Source: Pelomyxa schiedti (taxonomy: Eukaryota; Protista; Evosea). From it: DNA of 64,000 bases. This document shows positions 36,269-47,814 of this stretch, piece after piece; within the stretch, counting starts at the first letter, position 1, and every line of letters begins with the position of its first letter. Both the position numbers and the translations under genes were made by a program. The notes under the pieces are model-generated. The model saw only the letters and a list, made by a program, of their open reading frames with translations. It had not been told where the DNA came from and made no database searches. The stretch covers positions 1 to 64,000 of the forward strand of contig JAHLWZ010000579.1 in assembly GCA_020536535.1 (NCBI GenBank), in the 5' to 3' direction.

Positions 36269-39200
36269 TCACTGTGTGAATCCCACTAGCACTCCTTGTT
36301 TGTTTCTTATGCTTCCTGTCACAGTGATAAAGCCACTGCTCCAGCCATCCATGAAGGTCAGTGCAGCAATTATTTTATCAGTTCCATAAAAGTAATGCTC
36401 AATGCACTTCTTCTCGGCGGGGGACTTGCCTTGCATACCATGCCCCCATGTTGCACACTCCATACCATTGACTAGAAGAACGTGAGAGGAATCAAGAACC
36501 AGATTGTAAACTATTCCGCTTGGGTTTGCTACCTCTTTGGCACCTGTGATATCCCTTGCTGGGTGCCACATACCTTTCACCCTAATCGGGTGTTTCCCAG
36601 TGATTTGTAGACCACTTGGTAGTTCATATAGAGGCTTGGAATGTGAACTGATTTTAATAACACACATGACAGAGGCAATTCCGCCAGCAACTAGCACCTT
36701 GTCACCTCTTTTTAAGGTGTCAATGGTTGTAGTAGAGAAACTGGATTCCGGGCTTGCGGCAATGTTTACTCTGCAACCTGGAGCAAAGCAACCACCACTA
36801 GAGCCTGCATAGTAATTATCCATGCTGTTATCAGGTGGAGGTGATGGTTCCCTGTAAATAGGAGGTGGAGATGGCGTTCGGAAACTAGGTGGTGGTGCTT
36901 GAGCTGCCCTCTGTGCTTGAATACGTTGCTCTTCCTCGAATTGTAACTGCTGAAGTTGTTGAATCTGACGAAGTTGCCACTGTTGAATCTGGGGAGAAGG
37001 TGTCTGTGGAGTTGAAGGCTTTGTGGGTGCTACGGTTGGAGCCGGCTTGGGTTCTGGAGGAATCCTTTTTGGCTTCTCAAGATTTTTGAATATTTTGCCA
37101 CCCCTGCTTCTCTCCTCTACAAAAAGCTTCCCGCAATATACTTGTAAACTGGAATCCATGAAATTAGTGCAAATCTGAATCTGGTGCGCTCTGACAAGTG
37201 CTCTCACATAATGTCTTCCCCACCTCATGAATCGTTCTTTTGTGGATAACGCCTTAGTAACTCGGCCCTGCACATCGGCGGAGAGTGTGCGGATACGAAT
37301 ATCACAATCTGCACCTTGGGAAGTTTCAATTTGCGCTATTTTCGTTTTCATCTCTGCAAGCTGACGGTTCGCAGTCATTCCTTGCCTATTTGAAGCAAGT
37401 TTCACGACTTGATTTAAGCAGTCAACAACATTGCATCGCACGAGTGCGGCCATAGAATCCATAGATGGTGTTTTGGCGTTACCAGATATCACTTCTCTTA
37501 TTTCAGAACCCTCCGGGCTGCATATTGCATTACATTAAACCGGTTTTTTACGGGGGCATTGTTACCTTGTGTAGACCAAAACAACCTCAAGATACTCCTC
37601 ACTAGAAAAAGTCATGTGCATAGGTACAACAATATCTCGCATCTGACCACACTGTAAAGGTCCAAGGGATACCATTCTCCCCCATTCGGTATTTGATGTA
37701 GGCAACCCGCCAAGGACATCTCCTGCAAAACGGGCGCCATTCTGGGGGATAAGGTGCAGCGTCGATGTCTGCACCATTCCACTGACAGCATTGGAAACAC
37801 TGTCAACAAAACATGTGCCAACAATTTTGGCATCCGGTATGAAAGCAAAAGTGCCTCCAGCCATGGTTGCCAGTTCAGTTAGCAAATCGCTATCAACACC
37901 ATAACTTGGAATTGTTTAGATAGATAATTACATTTGAAGGCGTAAATATACCCAAAGCCAAAGGTATTGATCTGAAACGTAAAACCTGGGTATTTTTCAA
38001 CATATTTCCGCAATTCGGCAGTATGCCCATGAGGTGGTACAATGGTAGGTAGGCCATCTGTCAAAAGTAGAACAAATTTTTTTCTGGGACCAGTCTTTGA
38101 AGTGTCTCGGAGTGCTTCCAGCCCTGCAAGAAGCCCAGACCAGATGTTTGTGGATCCAGCAGGTTGCATTCGGTTTAGTGCTTGGTTTGCTGTGTTCATA
38201 CCAGAGGGGGTCATTTCAGAGAGTGGGAAGTGAGTTGTGGCATAGTCATCAAAAGCAACCAAAGCCACACGGTCTTCTGGAGTAAGCATGTGCATAACAG
38301 TTTTGACAGAGTGTTTCACTAAATCCAGAATGGTTATACCATCATCGTGTAGAACACTGTTATCATGCTCGTCTTGATATTTCGCAGTCTCCGCCATAGA
38401 TCCACTTATATCAATTACGCAGCAGATGTCCACAGGAAGTCTCTTTGTGAGATCAGGTACTTTAATTCCTATGCTAACATTCACAGGAGCAGTTGAACCT
38501 AGAACTACAGGTTCACAAGGTGTCACGCTCACTTGAATAAGACCAGGGGTGAACTTATGCCCCTGATCCATTTCTTCTTCCTCCCAACCATCAGAGGTCT
38601 GTGACGTTGCCGAACTACTTGCAGTGGGTGTGGTAGTGGGCTTAGTGGGGGTCGCAGTTGCCGTGGAAGAGAATTCCTCTTGAGCATGCGTTGGCGTTGT
38701 TGTTTGTGCCGATATATTGAATGCAGATAAGGGGGCATATACTGAACGCTCAGAGGTTGGAGAAGCACTTACAGGAGTGCTAACATCTACGTCAGCACTC
38801 AAGCCGAGTAGTTGAGCCAAAGTCGGGGAAGCGGGTACGTTGTTAGGGGGTGTATTTGTAACAGGAATTTCACTGTCGATTTCTTCCAGCTTCAGAACTC
38901 CGGTGTTCTCAGTATCTGGCTCAAGAATTCCGCAGGAATACACCCGAACGAGCCCGCTAATAGCACCCCTGCAAATCGGGCACTCATTAGTGGTCCTCTG
39001 AATTGCAACCAAGCACCCACTGCACCCACACTGGTGCCCACATGGAACAACAAGGTGATCAGCCACCAAATCCAAGCAAATAGCGCACTTTGCCTGCTGC
39101 TTCGAACTCTGGTTCTGAGCCTGATTCTGGCTCGCGTTCGCGGCACTCTGAGTCTGTTTTTGCGGAGCCGGGGTGGCACTCACACACTTGACCATCAGGG

Positions 39201-39923
39201 CGTGGACCTGGTCGACCGGGAGCTCGGCGTCGATTACGTGGATGCGGCCGCCAAAGTGGGGCAGGACCAGGCCCAGCTGGGCGTAGTAGGCGCGCAGCCG
39301 CGCCCGCACGACGCGCTCGTCGAGGTCGTGGGCGCGGCGGACGAGGCGGGACGCGGGGACGTCGGGCGGCGGCGGGGACAGGGCGTCGTGGTACAGGGCG
39401 CCGGTGTCGCGGTCGACGAGGCGGCCCAGCACGCGGCGGACGCAGACGTCGTCCGAGGCCTGCAGGACCAGGACGCGCTCGACGGCGACGGCGGCGGCGA
39501 GGGCGCGGGCCTGGTTGGCGGTGCGCGGGAAGCCGTCCAGGAGCACCGCGGGCGCCGAGGCGACGTCGGAGTAGAGGTCGCGGCGGGACAGGCGGTCGTG
39601 GATGAGCGCGATGACGAGGTCGTCGGGGACGAAGCCGCCGCGCGCGATGTAGGGCTCGACGCGGCGCCCAAGGGGGGTGCCGCGCAGCACGGCTTCGCGG
39701 AATATGTCGCCGGTGGATACATGCAACATTCTGCGGGGAGAGGTGAGGGAAAGAAAGTAAGCTCGTGGGTTGGGTACAGAACCCCCCCCTTTGAAGGCAC
39801 AAAGGGGGAAAAAAAACGCAGGGGAATGCGACGGCCATACCCAAGTTTGGCAGCGAGTAACTTAGACTGGGTTCCTTTGCCTGAGCCGGGCGGACCAGCT
39901 ACCAGGATTACCCGCGACGACAT
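36269..39923 (-). CDS. Fusion protein: adenylate kinase - C3HC4 RING - VWA - Vwaint - Hint/Vint domain (4 exons)
   Basis: ADK (GPPGSGKGTQ|GMLHVSTGDIFR, VPDD, LLDGFPRT, LID GRLVDRDTG); RING CAICLD...PCGHQCGCSGC...CPICRG; VWA with intact MIDAS (DISGS, GSTN, LLTDG); Hint starts G/CFAPG (Cys codon 36788-36790), with ITGKHP, VYNLVLD and ECATWGHG. Confidence 0.9.
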
Positions 39924-40201
39924 AACCGACACTCTTTTGGTTTTTCTTGAGTTTTTCCTTGAACTGATGAAACCACTGTGCATCTGTCGCCCAAACCAAA
40001 CTCGACGTGCCCCATGTTAATAACTATGAATTGCACGTGGAATTTGGACACCTCTGGTAGTGGAAAGTCTGACAACTACGGAAAAAACTCCCCAAGTTGG
40101 AGAGTACCCACGAACTTTTTTTAGAAACTTGTTGTTACGCAGCCAAATACCAAACCAACAAAACACACAAAAAAAACACAAAAGCAACACACACCGCGGG
40201 G
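39924..40201. promoter_or_regulatory. Putative bidirectional promoter between two head-to-head E3-ligase genes
   Basis: Only 278 bp separate the two ATGs; the interval contains a CACGTG (E/G-box) core and A-rich tracts. Function is inferred. Confidence 0.4.
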
Positions 40202-43200
40202 ATGCAGAATTGGCAAAACAGAGCCAACACCCCCGGCAACCTACAGAGTAGCCAGACCGCACCGCCGCAGTCCTACTACGGCTACCAGTCACCGCAGCAG
40301 ACGCCCATGGGAGGCAGCGGGGGAGGCTGGCCAGGTGGTGGTGGTGGCGGTGGCGGTGGCGGCGGCGGCGGCGGCGGGGGTCCTCCTGCCATGTACCCGC
40401 CGTACAACCCCCTCACAAACAGCGGTGGCTTCAACAACAACCCCAACAACATGCAACCGCAGCAGCAGCAGCAGCCGTACCAGAGCAACTACGTGGCGCA
40501 CCCCGCCGCTGCGGCCACCGGCTCCCCCAGAACTCCGCACCAGCCCCCGGGGACCCCCGCCGCGTTCAAGCCGCCAACGTACTCCCCCCAGCCCCCGTCC
40601 GCGTATACGCAGCAGCAGCCACAGGCACATACTAACTATCAGGCCAACCCACCATACACGTACACCTACAACCAAAACCCTCCGCCGCCGCAGCAGCAGC
40701 CGCAATACGGCGGCCCCACGGGCTACACGGGCTACAACCACACCAACACCTACAATCAGCCCCCGCAGACGCAACAACAGCAGCAACAGCAGCAGCAGCA
40801 GCAGGCGTGGACCCCGCCGCCAGTGAGCATGCCGACACCCTTCACGCCGCCGCAGGCACGCCAGCCGGCGGTCGTCGGCCCTGTCATGCCAAACACCTCG
40901 CCCACTCCTGCGCGCTCCCCGGGAGGTACTGGCGCGGCCAACGCCAGCCCGCAGGTGCTGCGCCAGTCTGGGCATGGTGCCTCCTACACTGCTATGCCGC
41001 CGCCCACGCCGATGCCCATTCCTACGCCGATAAGGGTCCCTGGGCCGCCGGCGGCGGTGGCGCAACAACAGAACCAGCAGCACCGGTCGCCGCAGCCGGC
41101 GCACCCAAGTCAGCCTACGACGGCGCCTAACCAAAGAACTAACAACCCCAATACTCAATGGCAAAATCCAGGCCAAGTGCAGTCCTCGTTCATCCAGAAT
41201 CAGTATCACGAGAACGGCATGCAGAACATGTCTCAGCAAGGTCCTGTGGCACAACAGCCACTCACTTGCGGTATAGGAGGCATGAATCTAGGGAGTCCCA
41301 GTTCTGGTATCTATAGTGGCGCATATAGTGTTCTTGGCGCTCTGAACAATCAAAGTCCTGGCGCCACACCCACACCTCTCAGGTCTTCTGGTATTGAAGA
41401 GGCGCCAAGTCCATGTTCCTCCGCGAATGCAAAACCTAGAACACTCCAACCCCATTCCACAGCATCGAACGACTCCCAAGTGCCCACCAACAATCTTTGT
41501 TGTACCCCAAACAAGCCGATGCCTTCTCCACAAGAGAACAGGTTTACTGCTAACAATCCCGGCCCGACAACACTGCAACCATCAACTCCCATACCGTCAT
41601 ATCCTTCCCAGCCAATCCGCACACCTTCACCACCAACACAGGTAACCGATTCATCAGCCAGGCAACTTTGTGCAAATCGCGTGGAGCCAGTACAACCAAT
41701 ACAACCCGCACTCCCTGAACCTTCTCAATCAAGCCGGGTACTTACAACTCAGCCGGTCGCCACACCTGTCTCTACTTCCTCACAGCCAGTCACCTCTGTG
41801 CCCCCACCCTCTACACATCCAGCACCCACATCCCCTCAGCCGACCCCCATTGCATCTCGACCAGCAGAGCCGCTCCCAGTGGCGCCGCCAGCAGCTTCAC
41901 GATCAGCGCCTTCCCCACCACCGGTAACAAACGGACCACCCGCCCTACGTATTGTCACCCAGCCAGTGGCAAATCCCATGGAAGGTTCAACAATCCGCGC
42001 CAGCAACAATGTGAGGGCAGCAATTGAGGGCGAGGCTGATATTGAGAGGTATAATGCTGCAAGTAAAGAAGGTTTCTTCACGATATGCTGCTGGTGTGAG
42101 GACCGACCAGTTGTGTCTTGTGCTCGAGTGAGACCTCGTTGCACTGGTTGTGGATGTGATGCTGTTACACTTAAGAGCCAACCTAAAAATTGGCAAGAGA
42201 TGTGCTTTGACGGTGTTGAAGCTGAATGTTATGCGTGTGCTGCCCCAAATGCCCGGGCTGTACATTTCGCGCGGTGTGGGAATCAAATTAGCCCTGCTGT
42301 CAAAGAATCTCACCCAGGGCGATACAAGAGAGAGCAAACTATATGCAATAACTCTGATGTAGTATTCTCCCAGCTTCTCTTTGGCAACGCTGGAAAAAAA
42401 GGGCAATGTGCTATTTGCCTGTCACCAGAACCAGTAAGCACCATTCAATTTCAGCTTGCACCTGAAAAGACTTTTCTTGTAGGTTCTCGTCTTTTTCCCG
42501 AAGCCATGTCTACATTTTATTTGTCCCTCTTGTTTTGCGTCGGCGTGGACTGAGAGAATTCAACAAAGAAGATTGCCATGGAATGTAGAAAAGCAGTGTG
42601 TTGGAATAACCTGCCCTGGTTAGTATTAGATATTTTCAACAAATTAAGATAACACACAAATAATAAAAGCTGGCTGCCAAGTTTTTGTCAATGATATCCA
42701 CATTCTTAAACTTCTGGGAGATAAGTACTATAATATCTTCAAAGATATGAGCGCCTCCAAAACTGCTTTAGCTGTAAGCCTTTCCTCCATTTCACAACCT
42801 CTGACCCACAAGTAGAATATGGGCCTCTGTGGTGTATACTGTGCTGTTCCAAAATGCTCTGAAGTACCCTTTATCCCCATTGCTTTAGATCGCAATTTTG
42901 CTCAATGTCCTACTTGCAAGGTACGCAATAACCAATTCCACTGATTTCCAGTACGCTCACTGTGGTAATAAAAGAAATACACATGCGTAGTTTGCCAGGA
43001 ACAAGCTGGTAATTGTATTTGCACTGGTGTTGATCCAAGTGCACTTGCAAAGTATAGAGTTACTGTTGAAGGTCTTTTGCATGTGACTGAATACACACAT
43101 AACTTAATTGTTTTTAGGTCACTTCTGTCAAACTGTTACCATACCAGATCGGTTCCGATCTCACCCACTCAGTATCAGAGGCCCCCGAAACATGACTATA

Positions 43201-43998
43201 AACGTATTTTTTTGTCCCCCGATTTCTCTTGCCACATGTACTTTTTCCGTAGATACATGTCGATGACACTCCCAGAATACTGAAATGCTTGATCGAGAAA
43301 CAGATCAACCTTCCATGTTTCAAGCAAAAACTGATTTTTGCTGGGACACAAATTTCCGATGACGAACCTCTTTCGAATTATGGCTTGGCTGCCAATACAT
43401 GTGTACATTTGATTCCTCTTGCCGATTCGGCTCCCTCAGCCGCCCGGAGCGACCCGTAATCTTTCTTCCATTAACAAGGCGAGTGTTCTCACTAAATAAT
43501 ACACTTTTCAGCGCTTCAACAAGACCAGTGGCTACACAGACAACGACCCCCACGACTCCATCTACAAGAGCGTCACCAGCGACTGTTCCGACGAATGCAC
43601 AAACTACACCAGTACAAGTGTCAAGTGCTGCAGTACCAGATCCGCCTTTCATAGGAAAGAGGTGTCCTTCCTGTAACACCCCAATTGTGCACTTCAAGTA
43701 TGAGGAGCCCTCCCTTTGCTTTTTTTTCTAACATACAAAAGATACCATGGATGTCATCACATCAGACCTGGTGGTGGTTGCCCCTCCTGTGGCTTCCATT
43801 TCTGGTAAATACAAAACAACAAACCAACAAACAAACTAATGCAACCGCAGCTTCAATTGCCTAGGCCGGCACCCGTGCCCCACTTGCCCTCTGTGGTGCA
43901 ACAAATCATGCACTTGCCCACCTTGTGATGAATGCAAGCCCCATAAACCTTGCAAATTCTGTGATGGGTGCAACGTATGTGAACCCACAGACTACTAA
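40202..43998 (+). CDS. Parkin-like RBR E3 ligase with permuted architecture: Q/P/G-rich N-terminus - RING0 - RING1 - IBR - Ubl - RING2 - Cys-rich tail
   Basis: RING0 FFTICCWC...RVRPRCTGC...QPKNW...ECYAC...HFARCG (~42068-42283); RING1 CAICLSPEP|VLVFFPKPCLHFICPSCF...TCP|AGC...IHILKLLG; IBR CAVPKC...CPTCK|KYTCVVC; Ubl KQKLIFAGTQI...NTCVHLI; RING2 KRCPSC...HGCHHI...CPSCGFHFC|FNC. All introns are GT-AG. Confidence 0.9.
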
Positions 43999-44103
43999 AC
44001 CACCTCATCAGCATAATGTTTATCTGGCAGTAATTTAAATGTTTTTTCCTCTTTTTTTGCAACGAAAATCTTGGCTTACGTGGCAATTTATCTCGTATCT
44101 ACT

Positions 44104-45521
44104 ATGGTTGGCGTTCGTACGATCACGGCCCTCGTCGCCCTCGTGCCCCTCGGTCTGTGCGTGTACTCTGTGCTCACGATCTACCCCGTCGTGCGCTTGG
44201 CCTCGCTGCTCCTCGAGGACCCTCCCAGCACCGCCGCGTTCTGGGCCGCGTGCGCGTGCCCCTCCCTCGCCGTCCTGGCCTCGCGGCTGGCGGCGGATTT
44301 CGTGTGGCCCCGCAGCCTCGCGGCGCGGGGGGCCGGGCGGGCGGGCATGCTCGTGTTCGGCTGCGTGTTCCTGGCCCTGTGGCCGTGCCTGGCCTACGAC
44401 GCTGCGGCGGGGTCGCTGCGCCTGCTGCTGCCCGGCGCGGGGGCGTGGCTGGGCGCCCGCGAGCGCGCGGCGGGGGTCGCCATCGCAGCGTGCGCGGGGG
44501 CGGCGGCCTGCGCGGGGGTGGTGAAGGCGCAGCTTGTGTGCGTGAGGAGGTTCGTCGTGCCTTCGAAGAAGGTGTCGAGGCCGTTCACAATTGCCCATGT
44601 TTCAGGTGTGGGTGGGAATTCTAGGATATCTGTAATTATGTAATTTCGTATTCCTGTATTGTATCGTGTATGTAGGCATGCATGTCCGCCACTCTGGATT
44701 TGAAGTTACTCTTTCAAATTGAACACTCGTTTATGTATCTACCTCAGCAATTCGTTTTTTCCCCTTTCTCTTTATTTGTTGGTGGTAGCTTTACCTTCTT
44801 CTTTTGTCACACTCTTGATAGACATTCATGTGGGTTCCCGTTCTTATTCCTGGCTATCTCGAGTTGTGGACAAAGTTAGTTCCCTTGCGCCAGATTACGT
44901 TGTAATCACCGGAGACCTCACGGATACAAGAGGATTGGAACCAAGAGACTTACTTCCTTTGGAAAGGCTCACCTCTCGAATCTTTGTGACACTTGGGAAT
45001 CACGATTTTTGGAGCGGGGAAGAACGCGTAGTGAACGCTCTTTCCAAGTTGAGAGCCAAAGTGACTGTTTTGCGAAATTCTCTATCCTGGAAGGGTCCTG
45101 TGCAGTTCATGGGCATTGATGATGTTGAATACACCGCGGACTTTAATAGAATTTTTGATGCACTAGCGGGATTGCGGCAATTTGACTCCTCCAAATTCAC
45201 AGTAGTACTGCACCACAGGCCTCACAATGGCGGAATACAGCATGTTTCTGATTCTCATTCTGTTGATATGTTTCTTGCTGGTCACACCCACGGCGGTATT
45301 TCTCCTCTTTTTTGGAATCAACAAAAAGCTTATTTTTTCGTGTAGGTCAGCTCTATCCCCTCAAGTTTTTCATCAAACTTGCGTTCTGGCATATCAGCGG
45401 TCTTCTTCACACAGATTCCTTTTTTGCTTACACATCCCCTGGGACTGGGACTTGGGGTCCACCCCTCAGATTATGTGATCAAAACACAATAGCCCTATTT
45501 ACAGTGACCCCCGTTGAATAG
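44104..45521 (+). CDS. Membrane-anchored calcineurin-like metallophosphoesterase (YkuE/TMPPE family); start uncertain
   Basis: N-terminal TM helices followed by DIHVG, ITGDLTD, LGNHD, LHHRP, AGHTHGG|Q and the family tail SPGTGTWGPPLR. Confidence 0.9.
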
Positions 45522-45552
45522 GAAAAAAATAAGATTTATTCAACTTCCAATT

Positions 45553-47188
45553 CTAGTCATCAACAAGATGGGCGATTTGGTGGTGGCCTTCAATCATGAC
45601 TCTGCCCAATGTGCCTGGTTTTGGGAGATGTGTCAGGAATGTGGATAAAGAAAGGGAATAACCTATTTGTAAGGATTGATTGTATTCTCCGGGTACTGTG
45701 TGCTCTGTGTAAAGGTCAGTGAGCTGCTGCGCAAACACTTTCCCAGATGCAGGTCTTTTGCTCATATCAGAAGACAGGCACCTTTGGGAATGGGTCAGTT
45801 GTCTGCAAATAAAATTTATTAAGTGTTTCACACCGTTCCAAAAATGATCGCCATGCAGCACAAGCCTCTGTGGACATTGACGTTGTAGTAAGGTTGATCA
45901 AGACACCAGGGTTATGGAATACTGACACTTTGGAGTTCCCAGAATTGGTTGGAATAATGTATTTCCTCTGTTCGCCATATATGGTAGCTACACAAATTTA
46001 GAATTGAATTTCCAATTCCTTGTGTCACCCAAACCTCCAAGAACTTTGGCTAGCAGAAGGCCCATAGGATAGACGTCACTGCAAGGTTGTACCGGTTCAT
46101 GGAGAAGCTTACAGGGTTAGATAAGCAGTCATACAAGGGTGAGTATACCTGCTCATTCGGGCACCAGCCAGGAGTTCCCGCTTGTGCAATTGTCCCACAA
46201 GGAATAGACAGAGGATCCAGCGGTATTACTTCGGTCTTTCCTATGAGAAGGTTGCTTGGATTGATGTCACCGTGGATAATGCCATTATCGTGAAACCTAG
46301 ACCAGGGTTTGCTTCACGGTATTCAGTGATTACTCGCTCACTTTTGCAAGGCCATTCCAAGTTGCGCTATGCGCTTGATAATAGACTGCTTGGGGACGGA
46401 ATACGTGCAACTTGGGGATGCAAGACGATCAAGGGCGGCAATCAGCTGAGGAAAGCCTGTTGCCAAGGAACCTTTTATCTCGGGGTCCAGAATTCTTTCT
46501 CCCAAGTCATTGGCTGCCTATTGGGGTCATCTTTAAGTAACAGTTTCTCAATACACACTGGAACTGAGTAAGAAACGTTTTCAAAACCCAGAAGAGATTC
46601 CCAGACTATGCCACGGGAGGGTTGAACTTTGTCACAAGATTTTCGGAAGTTAACGGGTGGGGTTCCATCTAGGGGTATAGCGAGATAGTTATCACAAGCC
46701 ACTTTTTGCATTGCCGACTAGAATATGGAAGAAAAGAAAAAAAATGGGAGATGAAGCATACAGAAATGGACTCCTTGCTGGAAAATGTACTGGAAAAGCA
46801 AGCTGATGTATTGATACGCTGAAAAGAGTTTAGATAGTTTAAGGAAATATAATAGCACACCGAACGTGAGGAGCTTTTCTGTTTGCTGGCAGTGGGGCTT
46901 GTAGGCCCAAGCATTTGAACCATGAGAGTCCTTCCTATCAATTCGTAAAGACATCTAGTACTTTGGTAGACTTGTTTCTACAGGAAGAACATCTCCGTTA
47001 TACGACAGTTTCAAATGGTTGCAAGTAGAACCTCTGTCCCAGGGAGGGTAACGATCTTCAAAGAGGAAGCGGCTGCCTTGACTGTTTTGTCCAGAGTAGT
47101 AAGAGCTTCGCTAATAGGCGGAGGTAGAGTATCCTTTGGTGTATTCCTGTAGTACATTAAAACCCAATGAACCAGCTAATACTTAGTA

Positions 47189-47227
<39 letters not shown>

Positions 47228-47558
47228 ACCCTAAGCATAGGCCGGCTCTCAACACAGACATCAACGGCTGCACTATTTCCACGCCCCTGCGTATCCTCAC
47301 GAACAGCGGCAGGCCGTCGACGTAGTCGCCGACGCGCACGACGGCGTCGGGCTCCGCGGCCAGGCACGACGCGGGGCTCACCACCGCCGCGTTGACCGTG
47401 CGCGCGCGCTGCAGGGCGCTCCACTCGGGGTGCGTGCTGATGGCCGTCACGTCCCCCCCCATGGCGCTGAGGCGCATGCCCCCGAGCCCCAGCTGAGACT
47501 CGCGGCTGATCTCCAACATCCGTTGCAGCGGCGGCGACGAGCAACGCCCACAGTACAT
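45553..47558 (-). CDS. Divergent protein kinase-like protein (possible pseudokinase), multi-exon
   Basis: Spliced C-lobe reads ALQK|FHDNGIIHGDINPSNLLIG...LDPL...AGTPGWCPNEQ|LLHEPVQPCSDVYPMGLLL. No recognisable Gly-rich loop or VAIK. Confidence 0.7.
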
Positions 47559-47814
47559 TCCGTCTTTTTACTTTTTAACCGTTGGAAAGTCGCCCCTGCT
47601 GAGGTAGTTTGGAGAGATTCTCTTCCTTCGATCAAAGGTCTGTTCCACCGGACCAGTCCCTTTCATCTACTAGTCCCAAAGTAATTGCTTACGTGCCCAC
47701 TGGATGTGGTCTTGGGAAGCTGAACGGGAGATCTTCACACTACTTATATCTGTCCACCGAAGAAGATTTGCGCCGCGAACAAACAAAAAAAATAAAAAAT
47801 ACGCGACATTAATA

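Noticed and set aside
39200-39720. High GC of the adenylate kinase domain as a sign of recent lateral transfer
   Set aside because: Equivalent GC patches occur at the ends of many clearly native genes in this window.
38812-40020. Long alternative-frame and antisense ORFs in GC-rich patches (also 28314-28937, 28421-28840, 44035-44624, 47670-48272, 30994-31569)
   Set aside because: These are shadows of real genes, produced by high GC or low-complexity codons that lack stops.
45553-47558. The kinase two genes from the Parkin homologue as PINK1
   Set aside because: It lacks PINK1-type motifs (HRDLKSDN, DFG, GGN..LMAPE); proximity alone is not evidence.
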